Sequence record: MH791411.1
Reading direction: 5' to 3' (one strand)
Length of the DNA: 64,000 nucleotides
DNA from: Escherichia phage Ecwhy_1
Of this stretch, positions 1-11,560 are shown one piece after another. The first letter of the stretch is position 1, and each line of letters opens with the position of its first letter. The position numbers and the translations under genes are program-made. Under the pieces are notes generated by a model. The model ran no database searches. It was not told where the DNA came from and saw only the letters and a list, made by a program, of their open reading frames with translations.

Positions 1-1473
1 AATGGAAATGAAGTTCTTGTTATGATTAACATCAAATATACTGCTGAAACCTGGGAATTTGATGCGAATGGCGTTGAATATGTGTTCGTTGGTGGTGATA
101 AAGTTCGTTTTTACTTCGTTTCTTCTAAAAAGATAACTGATATTAGTACTGGTAGTGTTCAAAGTGACAAAATTGAAATTTTATCATCAAATACCACAAG
201 CAATAGTAATGCTGGGTTGACAAGTAACATAGATTTCCAAATTTATGACACAATTCAACAAGAAAACGGGTATCTTGATGGTTCTCGTGTGGTTATCACC
301 TCTGAAAACGTTGATAGTAATGGAATCCCACTAGAACCTAATCAATTCAGAGAAATTGTACCAAATTGGACTGGTGAAGATTCAGTTAAATATGGTGGTA
401 TATTGGTTTTCCAAGAAAACGATGATTTCACTATATCAGTACTGTCATTACCGAATGATACTTTCACTATTCTTGATTCTTCATGGGCTTATACAATGGA
501 TCAAGCACTTGCAGAAACTAATGCGTATAAGAGAAGTGAATTTGTTCGCAACAATGCTATTCGATCAACAACATTGAGTGGTATCTATAGTAAAGGTTCA
601 GGCTTTATAGTTGGCTTTAACTATGATGGTAAATATTACTTCATTGAACAAACTGTTGGTAATAATAATGACCGTTTAAACCAATTAATTGAGAACTTGA
701 CCTATTCTGATGATACAACTGCTGCAACTCCTGAACTTGCGTTTTATCGTGCTATTGTTAATATCGGTACTAATGCTGATGTTAACCAAAAGTTAGATTA
801 TTATGGTTATAAAGATGTAACTTCACAATATACCGTAAAAACGAATGCAAGAACTGGTATTGATTTCCACTGGAAACATTATGCACCAGATGATAATCGC
901 ATTGACCCAAGTAGAACAAACTTGATTGACATGTATGTATTAACCAATTCATACAAAACTGAAGTTGATGTATGGTTGAAGAATGGAACACAAGGTAATA
1001 TGCCTAAACCGCCAACATCTGTTGAATTGAAAGACATTTTTAAAGAAGTTGAACAAAAAATAGTCATCAGTGACAGTATTATTTGGCATAGTGCAGAATA
1101 TCTACCATTATTTGGTGCGAGTGCTGCTGAAGATTATAAAGCAGATTTTAAAGTCGTCAAATTGCCTAACAGTACAATGAGTGATGATGAAATTCGTCAA
1201 AATGTCGTAGCACTAACTAACGAGTATTTTAATGTTGACAACTGGGATTTTGGTGAAAGTTTCTATTACACAGACTTGTGTACATACATTCATTCCCAAT
1301 TAGGACGACATATTAGTACTATTGTTATCGTAGCTCAAAACCCTAACTCTAAATTTGGCTCACTATTTGAAATCCCTTCACGTTCTGACCAGATTTTCTT
1401 AAGTACTGCATCAGTTGATAACGTACAGATAGTCAATTCCTTGGCTAAGAGTAACATTAACATTGGTTCATAA
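1..1473 (+). CDS. Virion structural protein, C-terminal part (5' end lies outside window)
   Basis: Reading frame is open from nt 1 (no stop before the first Met at 22); heads the plus-strand structural block; followed by a UUCG-loop terminator. No recognisable catalytic motif. Confidence 0.5.
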   Translation, partial: NGNEVLVMINIKYTAETWEFDANGVEYVFVGGDKVRFYFVSSKKITDISTGSVQSDKIEILSSNTTSNSNAGLTSNIDFQIYDTIQQENGYLDGSRVVITSENVDSNGIPLEPNQFREIVPNWTGEDSVKYGGILVFQENDDFTISVLSLPNDTFTILDSSWAYTMDQALAETNAYKRSEFVRNNAIRSTTLSGIYSKGSGFIVGFNYDGKYYFIEQTVGNNNDRLNQLIENLTYSDDTTAATPELAFYRAIVNIGTNADVNQKLDYYGYKDVTSQYTVKTNARTGIDFHWKHYAPDDNRIDPSRTNLIDMYVLTNSYKTEVDVWLKNGTQGNMPKPPTSVELKDIFKEVEQKIVISDSIIWHSAEYLPLFGASAAEDYKADFKVVKLPNSTMSDDEIRQNVVALTNEYFNVDNWDFGESFYYTDLCTYIHSQLGRHISTIVIVAQNPNSKFGSLFEIPSRSDQIFLSTASVDNVQIVNSLAKSNINIGS

Positions 1474-1481
1474 CACATTAA

Positions 1482-1506
1482 GGCGTTCTTCGGAACGTCT
1501 TTTTTA
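1482..1506 (+). terminator. Rho-independent terminator
   Basis: GGCGTTC-UUCG-GAACGTC hairpin (7 bp incl. one G-U, UUCG tetraloop) followed by TTTTTT, directly after the stop at 1473. Confidence 0.6.
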
Positions 1507-1510
1507 TATC

Positions 1511-1517
1511 ATAAATA
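1511..1517 (+). promoter_or_regulatory. Late-promoter-like ATAAATA motif upstream of giant ORF
   Basis: cATAAATAaat lies 36 nt upstream of the ATG at 1554; same motif at similar spacing before several other structural genes. Confidence 0.4.
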
Positions 1518-1553
1518 AATCAAATGAATGAACGAATTATATGGAGTCCAAAA

Positions 1554-4500
1554 ATGACTAATAATTTTAAGTTTCAACCTACACAGATGGCTGAAGCAGT
1601 ACAGAAGAAGCTTTTCATAAAAAGATTGCCTGAGTGGATGCAAGGCTTAGAAGATATTCAGAAAGTCAGTGATGATGTTATCCAACAATGGTTTAATCCG
1701 GCTGAAAACGAATTAGTTGACGGCTACATTGGTGACATGGGTTCTCCGGCAGCAGCAGGGAACATCTTCTTACACGAGTCAACAGTCGCACGTCAACTAT
1801 ATCAGTTGTCCACTGCGTATGTCTCAAGAAATGATGACTCCAGCATTCGTTCAATTCAATTTTATGATGATCTAGTTGGCTATATGAATCATTACGGTGC
1901 ACTAACCGAAAATGAAAGCCGTTTGTTTAATGGTAAGTTCTATTCATGGACCCCACCAATTAACCCAAATAAAATGAACAACTACAGTTCATACCTATGG
2001 GATTCCAAGAATAGCTATAATATCACAACTCCAGATTATATTGTAATGGAACGTGGTGCAGAAAATGGTAACACTTGGTCACTACAAAACTTCTGGTACA
2101 CATTAGGTGAAACTTTAGAAGATGGTACTATCCTAACTGAAGAACTAATGCAAGATTCCCGTTTTGTTCGTGCTCGTGCACCAATTATCGAATACAATAA
2201 AAATATCGAACTAATGAACTACGGTACTAAATTCCGTGGGACAGTTGATTTGTTCTCTGATATTATTAAACCTGAAGATATCGTACAAAAAGATATTAAC
2301 AGCGGTATACGTATTGATGGTATTATTCCACAAGATGGTATGCGTATTCTTTTCACCAGTATTGGTAACAATGGTGAAAACAACCGAATTTATAAAGTAT
2401 ATGTTAAACGTATGCAAGATGGAACACGTGTGTATGGTCTAGCATTAGATCCAGACGAAGAATCTGAAAGCCGTCCGAGTGGTGAACCACAAGATGGTGA
2501 CGTAGTTCTTATTATCAAAGGTAATGAATTTGGTAACAGTTCCATGTATTGGGACGGTTCTCATTGGATTCAAGCACAGTCTAAAACTTCTGTGAACGTA
2601 TTTCCACAATTCCAATTGTATGACCGTAATGGTGTTAAACTAAACAACACTACTACCTATCCATCAAGTACTTTTACTGGTTCTTCACTATTTGGTTTTA
2701 AAATTAACTATAATTATGCAACTGATAGCGTTTATGGTTATAATATTGAACTAGGTGATTACAATTATTACACATATGAGAATTTCCTACAATCAACTCG
2801 TTATACTTACGAGCATTTGGGTGTGGAAGTTGAAATTGATGGACTATATTACTATAACGTAATTGGTGAAGGTAATACAATGAACCTAGAAACTGATTGG
2901 GTTCGTAGTACTGAATACTCCAAACAATATGTTAAACAAACTCCACAGGTTGAACGTACAGTAATGTTCCGCGTGTTCAGTACTGTTTATGACATGGAAA
3001 GTTTCAAAGACCCAGTTGAAGGAATGTATGCTTATGTAATTGAAGTTGACAGAACTTATCAATATTACAAAGCAGAACGTGAAACATATCTTGATTGGCA
3101 TGTTATCGTTGGTGATGGGGTACAAAGCGTTAAGTACAATCATACATTTGAATTGGCACAAAAAGTACTAGATAATTCTGATGATATTATCGAACTAGTT
3201 GTTGATGGTGTGGAAATAAAAGAATACACCAAAACTGTAGTTAATAATCAAGTACAAAGTATTACAATTGATAGCTCTGTTGATTTGGATGAAGATTCTG
3301 TTGTACAAATCAGAACTTATAGTAGCACTATCACTCCTAATAAAGAGTTGGGTGCATATGAAGTTCCAATTAACCTACAAAATAACCCATATAATTCAAA
3401 CATTGAATACATCAACCAAGGTGATTACACCCTGCACTTCCAAGATATTATTCAAAAGAATATTACATCTGGTTCTGCTGATGACTTTAACAATTACGAA
3501 GAACGTTTGGCTGCTGGTTTGGTTAATAATGGTGTAGGCACTAAAATTATTCAAAACGAAGCGTCCATGTTACCACTAATGGCACATACCGCTAATGAAG
3601 ATATTGATTTGTTTGAATCAATCATGTTTATGCAAGCAGAATACTTCCGCTTCATTAACAAGTTCAACACTCAAATGCTTCGTTTGTATGAAGAAGACCC
3701 AAGTGCTTTTCTTGGTAATAGTGCATCAAACATCGTAGATGCGATTCTAACAGCTATTAATATGGGACGTGATAGTACATTCCCATTCTACTATGACAAC
3801 GTTGCAAGCACTGCTGGGTTTATTCGTGCATTTGTCCCACCAACTCCACAGTTCTTGGGTATTTTGCAAGCTTATACACCACAAAAAGCAACATTCTTAA
3901 CTGCTGGTAGTAAATCTAGCTGTTATAATATCAGTCATACTGGTATTATTTCAAAAGCATACCGTGTTATCAATGGTGTTGATAAAATGGATGACGTAGT
4001 TTTTGAATTGGAAAATCGTATCTTTAATAGTATTGATCTTACTTTCAAGGATATTGATTATAAACCAGTACTAAACAGTGAAGACCTATTCCCAACTCCA
4101 TATTTCACTGGTACTGATTATAGTGCAGAAGAAAAGAAAACTCTATTACTACGTGGTTACATTAACTTCACAGCAACCAATGGCATTAGTAACAGTACTC
4201 ATGATTATGATGCAAATAACTGGAGAACTTGGAACTATACTGGTAGTTATTATGTTGTTGATGGTCAACGTACTGAAATTCCTGCTCGTGGTTCATGGCG
4301 TGCAATCTATACTGACCAATATGGCACATATCGTCCAGCAACCCATCCGTGGGAAATGATGGGCTTCTCTCAACGTCCTACTTGGTGGAACCAAGAATAC
4401 GAACCAACCGCAGTTCAAGTTGGTGAACGTGAGGGTGATGTTGTTTATGTGTATGAAGCACTAGTAATGAATGAAAATGGTGATTTGGTCCCAAGTGGAT

Positions 4501-7500
4501 TGTGGGATATTGATGGTACTATCGGTGATAGCAGTACTGGTACTATTTTGTCAGGTGAACGCCGTGGTCAATATGACAAATACAAGCGTTTCGGTGTACA
4601 GCCATTTAAAATCACTAAGACTGGCGAGAAAACCAGTACTGGTATTGATATTTGTGAAGTTGAGTATATTGCACCTGAAGTTTTAGGTCTTGTTAGTGGT
4701 AATTTAGATCATCGTGCAGAACCGTGGTCTTATGGTGACATGGGTGACATGGAATTCACTTACATGAACACTGCGATGTTTGCTTATGACCAAATGCTTC
4801 TTCTATACAAAGCAAAACCAGCACAGTTTGCAAACTATTACTGGGATACCCGTAATGATAACCTTAAACCAGTTTATACTGATGGTTCACAGTTCCTTTA
4901 TGGTGAAACTCGTAAGCGTCTAAACTTTGACAGTACTACATTAGTACATGGTGAGAAAAACACCCGTACTATCGGTTATCAAATGTTTGTTAGTGACTAT
5001 TTGATGTATCAGAATAAGAACATTACCACCAAATACGGTGACGTTGTTCGTTCTTCTTATGTCAATGTCGCTCACAAAATTGGTGGCTTTACTAAAGCAG
5101 ACCAATTGACATTCACTGCTAAATCTTTCGGTTTGATTTCACAAGAAAACCAAACTATCGGTCTAGTTCGTTCCAATAACATTCGCGATGAGCAAATGAG
5201 TGCAGTAAAAATTACTTGGAATGGTAGTGCATATCAAATTGATGGTTATGATTTAGTTGGTGCTAAATTTAAATATAAAATTCCAGTTAAAAATGGAAGA
5301 AAAGTAACTCTTAAATTGGAAGACAGAACTGTTGTTCATTACAATGAATGGAAATCTGAAGGTACATTAGAATATGGTAAAATATTCAATACATACCAAG
5401 AAGTTTATACTTTCATTTGTGGATATGGTGAATATCTAAAAGAACATGGCTGGATTTTTGAAGATGTAAATGATAGTGGTACTCAACAAGACTGGACAAC
5501 TATTGCTAAAGACTTTGTTATTTGGAGTCAGAATAATTTAAGTACTGGTGAGTTCATCTCCTGCACTCCAAGTGCAGCTAATGCTAAATTTGGTGCGGAT
5601 TTTGGTTCAGTTCAATCTGTTACACAGAATAGTGGTGGTGTTTGGTCACTACTCGATGATGAAAACCAAGGTATCCGTCAATATGAAATCGAAACTTCGC
5701 GTATCGGTAACGTATTCACAGTGAGAACTACATCTGAATCACAAAAACGTATGGCGTTGATTCGTTTGAGCCTAAGTTCATATGAACACGCAGTTGTTTT
5801 TGATGATAAAACTATCTTTGGTGATTACATTTACCAACCAACTTATGGTGCTATTCAAGAATTGATTAAAATGTATGGTTACATTACTGGGTCATGGACT
5901 GGTCGCCTACAAGCACCTGGTTTCATTATCCTAGAAGCAGGAACTTTACCATCATTTGAAAAATTAGTAACTGATTTTGAATTATATTATAATAGTGAAA
6001 CTCCTGTGAGTGATGTTCAGCTTCAAGAGTTATCAAATCACTTGATTGGCTATCAAACTCGTGATTATCTACAACGTATGATTAGTAGTGATGTTAGTCG
6101 TGTTGATTTCTATAAAGGATTCATTCATGACAAAGGTACTAACCAAGTAATGGAAAAAGTACTACGCGTTTCTAAATCTTACGACACTGATGAATATAAA
6201 GCACTTCAGGAATGGGCATTTAAGATTGGTACTTATGGTAATATCAATGGTAAGAAAAATCTACAATTTAAACTAATCAATGACCAATTTAAACAACAAC
6301 CACAGATGGTTTCGTTTGATGTTAATGCTACATCAAATGGTACTGGTAATGGTATTGTTTATTACGGTGAACAAGGGGTTGACTCACGCTGGATTACTCG
6401 TCCAAATGGTAAGTTTTCATTCCCAATGCGTAGTGGAAGAAGTGAGAATATCCAACTTCCAGACATTGGTCCTGTAACACTAGATGAAATTTCATACGTT
6501 ACTAAAGATTTCAGTACTGCATATAATGATCGTATCAATTATATGAATAACAGTGGTGAAATCCCAGATTCTGTATGGATGTTTAAAGATGGTAATGATT
6601 TGTGGAATATTTTCGAACTAGTAGACACTGAAGTTGAGATGCTCTCTATCGTTCCAATTGAAAATACCGATGTATATGCAGAACAATTCTGTAAAGTAAC
6701 TCTAAGTGATGATATCCCACTAAATGATGGTGATTATTATTACTTTGTTGATGAAACTAACTTTATGCCAGATACATTGACTATAGAAAGTCAATATTAT
6801 ACTGCGGGTAATGACCCTAGAGTTATGGTAGTTCCGTTTGACACTTCAATCACTATTGACTTCACTGATCCTGATACTCGCCCACGCTTGTATCGTTATG
6901 TTTCACGATTCAGTACTGAAGAGATGCGTCAGGAATACATTGACAGAAAATATAGTTTTAAAGCTCCACAAAGTACTTTGTTTGACCGCCCAACCACATA
7001 TGATGAGCGTACTAACATTACTGCGTTGTACCTAAACGTGTTTGACCCAATCAACGGTGTTATTCCTGGTGCAGCGATGCAGAACGTTACCTACACATCT
7101 CCAGTTGACCCAGCACAATACAACAGCAATGGTGAATTGATTCAAGCATGGGGTGCTGATAAAGTTGGTCAGGTTTGGTGGAACACCAGCACTGCTTTCT
7201 ACTTAGATTACACTCGTGCAATCTATGATGCTGATGGTAATGTGGATGTTGATGCAACAAATGAATATAAACGTTATAACTGGGGCAGATTGCTACCGCA
7301 CAGTACTGTTGATGTTCTTGAATGGGTATGTTCACCAGTTGAACCATATAACTGGGACAAATACTGCAAAGACGTTGCTAACAAAAATAAAAACAACACT
7401 ATGTACCTACCAAGCGGAACCGCATTGGAAGATAATTATAGTACGTTCTTAGAATATGATAGCACAACTGATACTTATGTTACAAAATACTATTTCTGGG

Positions 7501-10500
7501 TTCGTGATACAATCTATGTACCACCATTGCATTCCAGAACTAAATCTTGTACTGATATTGCTCGTATTATTAAAGAACCAGCACAGCTTAACATTCCTTG
7601 GTTTGCACCAATCAATGAAAGCTCGTTCATTCTAAGTAATATGCAATTTGAAGTCAACGATGACACAAGTATTTTAACTGTTTCTTATTACATGGATAAT
7701 ACTGAAGTTATTAAACATGACCAGTATCAATTATGTAAAGAAGGTGATAGCTATAACTTCAATCCATCAATCTGGACTTCTATGTGGAATTCTATGATTG
7801 GTCAAGAAACTACTGAATCAGGAACTGTTATTGATTTACTATATCCTTTAGTACCAAACGGTTTAGGTTCTAATAAGACTTGGTTCCAAGATGTAATTGA
7901 AGCTCGTAGAAACTTTGTAGAAAGTGCAAATAACTATTATCGCTCACAGAATATAACAACTAACACTGTTCTAATGGACGAAGTGTTTAATGTTAAAACT
8001 ACTGAAGTTAACCCGAATGAAGTATCATATCGTGTACTAACTTACAATAGTGAATTAGTCATTGCACCTGAAAGTGACAAGTTCAAAGAAAACGACGCAG
8101 TACTAGTAAGTACTAGTGGTGTATTACCTAACCCACTATCAACTAGCTCTGTATATTTTGTGCATATTGATGCTAATGGTTATATTCATCTAATGAATAG
8201 TCCATCAAGTGCTGGTAGTGTGGTTACCATTACATTGGAAAACCGTGGTGAAGGTCAACAGAAAATGATTAAACAATCAGACTATGTTGAAGCACTAGGA
8301 ACTTCATTGGACATGACCCAGTACTGGTCACTAGCAGATTGGTATGATATTGGCTACGATAAAAATACTGCATATACACAAGAATCCAGCCTAGAAGATG
8401 CAAACACTAAGAACTATCAAGTTGGTGACATTATCAGAATTACAGATGTTGATGGCATCTGGACATTGTACATTAAAGCACAATCACGTGATTCAGTTTA
8501 CTGGAAAGCAATTGGTCGTGAAAATAGTACAGTTGAATTGAATGATATGTTATACGCTGACTATACAGTTCGTGATGCTAATGGTTCGTTGAGTAATCGT
8601 GAGATTAACGTTCGTAAAGCACTAGCTTTATTGAAGAACTCATTCGACTTACATCAGAGTGAAATTGTGTTTGATATGGTTAAGTATGTTCACGTAGAAC
8701 AAAGCGTTGTTGATTGGGTATTCAAAACATCTTACATTTATATTGTAGGTTTAGAACAATCATTAGTACAGAACTATTCCAACGACAACTTGATTAATCA
8801 AATCGTTGAGTACTTTGAAGAAGTTAAACCATATAGAACTAAGATTCGTTCCCAGATTGAACAGAAAACTTCAGATGATGATTTAATTAAAGGTTTGTGT
8901 AATGATTTAGATCCTAATGGCTATATATTTGCAGATGGGACTTGGGTTAAAACGGAAAAAGACATTTGGGATTATGAATATGCTCAATTCAATGAGGTAA
9001 CTCAACGTTGGGAGCAAGTTGGTGAATTGCCAAGTGATTTCGTAACACCTAATCGCCGTTTCCAAGAAATTGATGTTATCATGCACTACGACAACACTCA
9101 ATGTAAACCAAATGATAATTTGGCAAGTGTTGATGTATTGGAAGAAGTGAATAAGAAATATCAATCTAATGCACAAGATGTTGTTAGTAATTTTGAATTA
9201 CAACGTTACAAATATACATTCCCAGAATACAGTGATGAAGATTTCGACCTATTGGTTGCTTATCAGATGCAATTGTATTACCCAGAATTGAACGTAACTC
9301 TAGGGATTGCTTACGGTGTTAACCAATGGTATGCAGACCATGCAGATGATTTGGTAGCAACCGCAGAATTCACAGAAACGTTGAATCGTGTATATAAAGA
9401 ATCAACACAAAATGAAATGTTTAATGACGTAAATCATTATGTTCAGTATAACACACTCTCTAACCGTTTGAAATTGTACACAGGTGCAGATGATGAAGTA
9501 ATTCATGATGAGGTTGGATGTGGATTTAGTGGGTTAACCTATGATGATAATCCAAGCACCAGACTACCGTTTGGTTATGCATCCAGTACTGATTATAACT
9601 TTGGTTACTTTGAAGTTAGTAGTGAGTTGTATAAAAAGTATGTTTCTTTAATTAAAGAAAACAATACTACTGCAACTGATGATGAAGTTAGAATTATACT
9701 TGAAGTTGAATATGGTGTTTATTCATATCGCCATGTAGATGAAGATGGAAATCAACGATTCTACAATGACGCAATTCATGTATTGTCTGGTATGCGTGGT
9801 TTGTATGACAAAGATGCTACCGACCATTATGAAAAGGCTGAAGAAATACTAAGTAGAATGCCTATTGATATTCATGCATTTACTATGATGCCACGAAAAT
9901 ATGTTTATGTTAATGTTAATGGTGTATACGAGAGTATCCCAGATGACCAAAGCATTGATGATTTCATGGAAGACAAATTCATAACTGACGGTCAACTAGT
10001 TCAATTGGCAGAAATAAATCTTGATGACTTACCTCTTGATAGAAATAACCCAATGTACAGTGATTATCAGCACATCCTAGATAGCATCACCGATGCTAAG
10101 TACTACGATGATATGAATGCATTTGATAACCTAGCACTTGAATCACAAACTTCCGAGTTAAAATGGGAAGTTGAAGGTGACGAAGTAGATCCGTACATAA
10201 TCGACATTTCTGATATTAACCCATCAGGAAGAAAGATTGGTCAGATTCGCTTCACAGTTGATGGTTATGGATTCAATAGTGTTTCACTAGTTCAATTGAG
10301 AGACAATAGTAGATATAAAACTGAAGGTATGGTTATCATCAACCCTTATAAAACAACAGAAGCAATTGTTAGTATTCCTTCTTACGCTAAGATTGAAAAT
10401 GATATTAGTAAATCATACAGTAAGTATGATGAAAAATACTTCTATAAAATTAAATCAATTGTTAGTGATACAGAAGCTGAAGTAATTGACAATACCCTAT

Positions 10501-11525
10501 CTGATGGTGATAAGGTTATGATATTCACAACTGATGGTGAAGATTATGTGAGATACCAAAACAATGCATGGGAAACCATCTTGAGTGTATCAAAAATCAA
10601 AACTGACACCACACCAACCTTGTACACAGTAAGAAACACTGCGAACGGAACTGTAGAACTACTAGATAGTACTGGAGTTGTACTTCGTTATGATAACATC
10701 ACTAAACAACAACAGAATGAACCAGCAATACCTCTAGCATTGAACATCGTTCGTATTAGAACCTTTGCTGATCCAGAATTCTTGGTTGATGGTGTTAAGT
10801 TGTATGAAACAAATAGAAACTATGCTATCGACGCAATGAACTATGAAGTATTCTACGACACAACACTATACGGTGGTTCTTATAATGATGGAATTACACC
10901 AGATGACGTTGATGTTTGGGTAGTGTCTAACGAGATATTTGAAGTTGATGGTGTTACCATTGATAACGGATATAACTTACCAATTACTGGTGCAGGTGTT
11001 CTTAGTGAGTTAGTGAGAACCAAAATGACTGATAGTGTGGAAATTAACGTGTTCGAGTATGATGTTGGTATTATTCAACCAGTACTGAATACTGAAGGGG
11101 TATGGGAATATGCATATCCACTAGTTAGTGATACATATATTGGTGTAGTTGGTGGAACCGTAACTAACATTACTGCTATCAGTGAAGAAAATACTACTTA
11201 TGTTTCACAACCAGATTCAGTTAGTCCATATAGTGTTACTAATAATGTTCTATCTGGTGCTGGTGCAAGTATGAATGATATTATTTCTCTTGGTTTTGAA
11301 AAAGTTGAAGTACGTTTTGCAAATAACTTACTCCGTGGGGTAATGTATAGTGCAGAACACGACTTTAAAGAGAATGTGACATATTCATTTAATGGCTTGA
11401 ACTTAGGTAAAGTTAATTTACTAAAACGTTATAGTGTTAACAGTTATCCAATCGAACTATCTGTTTACTCCGATAGTTTGCAAATAAGTGGTACTGACAT
11501 TAAAAATCTATTAGAAGTTAAATAA
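1554..11525 (+). CDS. Giant virion-associated protein (~3,323 aa), function unknown; putative tail/baseplate structural protein
   Basis: Uninterrupted 10 kb ORF. ATG at 1554 has GGAG 7 nt upstream; the track's upstream ATG at 1524 lacks an RBS. Sits in the late structural block and ends at a strong bidirectional terminator. Confidence 0.7.
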   Translation: MTNNFKFQPTQMAEAVQKKLFIKRLPEWMQGLEDIQKVSDDVIQQWFNPAENELVDGYIGDMGSPAAAGNIFLHESTVARQLYQLSTAYVSRNDDSSIRSIQFYDDLVGYMNHYGALTENESRLFNGKFYSWTPPINPNKMNNYSSYLWDSKNSYNITTPDYIVMERGAENGNTWSLQNFWYTLGETLEDGTILTEELMQDSRFVRARAPIIEYNKNIELMNYGTKFRGTVDLFSDIIKPEDIVQKDINSGIRIDGIIPQDGMRILFTSIGNNGENNRIYKVYVKRMQDGTRVYGLALDPDEESESRPSGEPQDGDVVLIIKGNEFGNSSMYWDGSHWIQAQSKTSVNVFPQFQLYDRNGVKLNNTTTYPSSTFTGSSLFGFKINYNYATDSVYGYNIELGDYNYYTYENFLQSTRYTYEHLGVEVEIDGLYYYNVIGEGNTMNLETDWVRSTEYSKQYVKQTPQVERTVMFRVFSTVYDMESFKDPVEGMYAYVIEVDRTYQYYKAERETYLDWHVIVGDGVQSVKYNHTFELAQKVLDNSDDIIELVVDGVEIKEYTKTVVNNQVQSITIDSSVDLDEDSVVQIRTYSSTITPNKELGAYEVPINLQNNPYNSNIEYINQGDYTLHFQDIIQKNITSGSADDFNNYEERLAAGLVNNGVGTKIIQNEASMLPLMAHTANEDIDLFESIMFMQAEYFRFINKFNTQMLRLYEEDPSAFLGNSASNIVDAILTAINMGRDSTFPFYYDNVASTAGFIRAFVPPTPQFLGILQAYTPQKATFLTAGSKSSCYNISHTGIISKAYRVINGVDKMDDVVFELENRIFNSIDLTFKDIDYKPVLNSEDLFPTPYFTGTDYSAEEKKTLLLRGYINFTATNGISNSTHDYDANNWRTWNYTGSYYVVDGQRTEIPARGSWRAIYTDQYGTYRPATHPWEMMGFSQRPTWWNQEYEPTAVQVGEREGDVVYVYEALVMNENGDLVPSGLWDIDGTIGDSSTGTILSGERRGQYDKYKRFGVQPFKITKTGEKTSTGIDICEVEYIAPEVLGLVSGNLDHRAEPWSYGDMGDMEFTYMNTAMFAYDQMLLLYKAKPAQFANYYWDTRNDNLKPVYTDGSQFLYGETRKRLNFDSTTLVHGEKNTRTIGYQMFVSDYLMYQNKNITTKYGDVVRSSYVNVAHKIGGFTKADQLTFTAKSFGLISQENQTIGLVRSNNIRDEQMSAVKITWNGSAYQIDGYDLVGAKFKYKIPVKNGRKVTLKLEDRTVVHYNEWKSEGTLEYGKIFNTYQEVYTFICGYGEYLKEHGWIFEDVNDSGTQQDWTTIAKDFVIWSQNNLSTGEFISCTPSAANAKFGADFGSVQSVTQNSGGVWSLLDDENQGIRQYEIETSRIGNVFTVRTTSESQKRMALIRLSLSSYEHAVVFDDKTIFGDYIYQPTYGAIQELIKMYGYITGSWTGRLQAPGFIILEAGTLPSFEKLVTDFELYYNSETPVSDVQLQELSNHLIGYQTRDYLQRMISSDVSRVDFYKGFIHDKGTNQVMEKVLRVSKSYDTDEYKALQEWAFKIGTYGNINGKKNLQFKLINDQFKQQPQMVSFDVNATSNGTGNGIVYYGEQGVDSRWITRPNGKFSFPMRSGRSENIQLPDIGPVTLDEISYVTKDFSTAYNDRINYMNNSGEIPDSVWMFKDGNDLWNIFELVDTEVEMLSIVPIENTDVYAEQFCKVTLSDDIPLNDGDYYYFVDETNFMPDTLTIESQYYTAGNDPRVMVVPFDTSITIDFTDPDTRPRLYRYVSRFSTEEMRQEYIDRKYSFKAPQSTLFDRPTTYDERTNITALYLNVFDPINGVIPGAAMQNVTYTSPVDPAQYNSNGELIQAWGADKVGQVWWNTSTAFYLDYTRAIYDADGNVDVDATNEYKRYNWGRLLPHSTVDVLEWVCSPVEPYNWDKYCKDVANKNKNNTMYLPSGTALEDNYSTFLEYDSTTDTYVTKYYFWVRDTIYVPPLHSRTKSCTDIARIIKEPAQLNIPWFAPINESSFILSNMQFEVNDDTSILTVSYYMDNTEVIKHDQYQLCKEGDSYNFNPSIWTSMWNSMIGQETTESGTVIDLLYPLVPNGLGSNKTWFQDVIEARRNFVESANNYYRSQNITTNTVLMDEVFNVKTTEVNPNEVSYRVLTYNSELVIAPESDKFKENDAVLVSTSGVLPNPLSTSSVYFVHIDANGYIHLMNSPSSAGSVVTITLENRGEGQQKMIKQSDYVEALGTSLDMTQYWSLADWYDIGYDKNTAYTQESSLEDANTKNYQVGDIIRITDVDGIWTLYIKAQSRDSVYWKAIGRENSTVELNDMLYADYTVRDANGSLSNREINVRKALALLKNSFDLHQSEIVFDMVKYVHVEQSVVDWVFKTSYIYIVGLEQSLVQNYSNDNLINQIVEYFEEVKPYRTKIRSQIEQKTSDDDLIKGLCNDLDPNGYIFADGTWVKTEKDIWDYEYAQFNEVTQRWEQVGELPSDFVTPNRRFQEIDVIMHYDNTQCKPNDNLASVDVLEEVNKKYQSNAQDVVSNFELQRYKYTFPEYSDEDFDLLVAYQMQLYYPELNVTLGIAYGVNQWYADHADDLVATAEFTETLNRVYKESTQNEMFNDVNHYVQYNTLSNRLKLYTGADDEVIHDEVGCGFSGLTYDDNPSTRLPFGYASSTDYNFGYFEVSSELYKKYVSLIKENNTTATDDEVRIILEVEYGVYSYRHVDEDGNQRFYNDAIHVLSGMRGLYDKDATDHYEKAEEILSRMPIDIHAFTMMPRKYVYVNVNGVYESIPDDQSIDDFMEDKFITDGQLVQLAEINLDDLPLDRNNPMYSDYQHILDSITDAKYYDDMNAFDNLALESQTSELKWEVEGDEVDPYIIDISDINPSGRKIGQIRFTVDGYGFNSVSLVQLRDNSRYKTEGMVIINPYKTTEAIVSIPSYAKIENDISKSYSKYDEKYFYKIKSIVSDTEAEVIDNTLSDGDKVMIFTTDGEDYVRYQNNAWETILSVSKIKTDTTPTLYTVRNTANGTVELLDSTGVVLRYDNITKQQQNEPAIPLALNIVRIRTFADPEFLVDGVKLYETNRNYAIDAMNYEVFYDTTLYGGSYNDGITPDDVDVWVVSNEIFEVDGVTIDNGYNLPITGAGVLSELVRTKMTDSVEINVFEYDVGIIQPVLNTEGVWEYAYPLVSDTYIGVVGGTVTNITAISEENTTYVSQPDSVSPYSVTNNVLSGAGASMNDIISLGFEKVEVRFANNLLRGVMYSAEHDFKENVTYSFNGLNLGKVNLLKRYSVNSYPIELSVYSDSLQISGTDIKNLLEVK

Positions 11526-11526
11526 C

Positions 11527-11560
11527 AAAAAGGAGAGCAAATGCTCTCCTTTTCTTTTTT
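11527..11560. terminator. Bidirectional rho-independent terminator
   Basis: AAAAAGGAGAGC-AAAT-GCTCTCCTTTTCTTTTTT: perfect 8-bp GC-rich stem flanked by an A-tract and a T-tract; closes the giant ORF (+) and the ClpA-like gene (-). Confidence 0.75.

Noticed and set aside
7087-7347. His-rich antisense ORF inside the giant gene
   Set aside because: It lies antisense within a 10 kb supported ORF and is a compositional artefact of the reverse frame.
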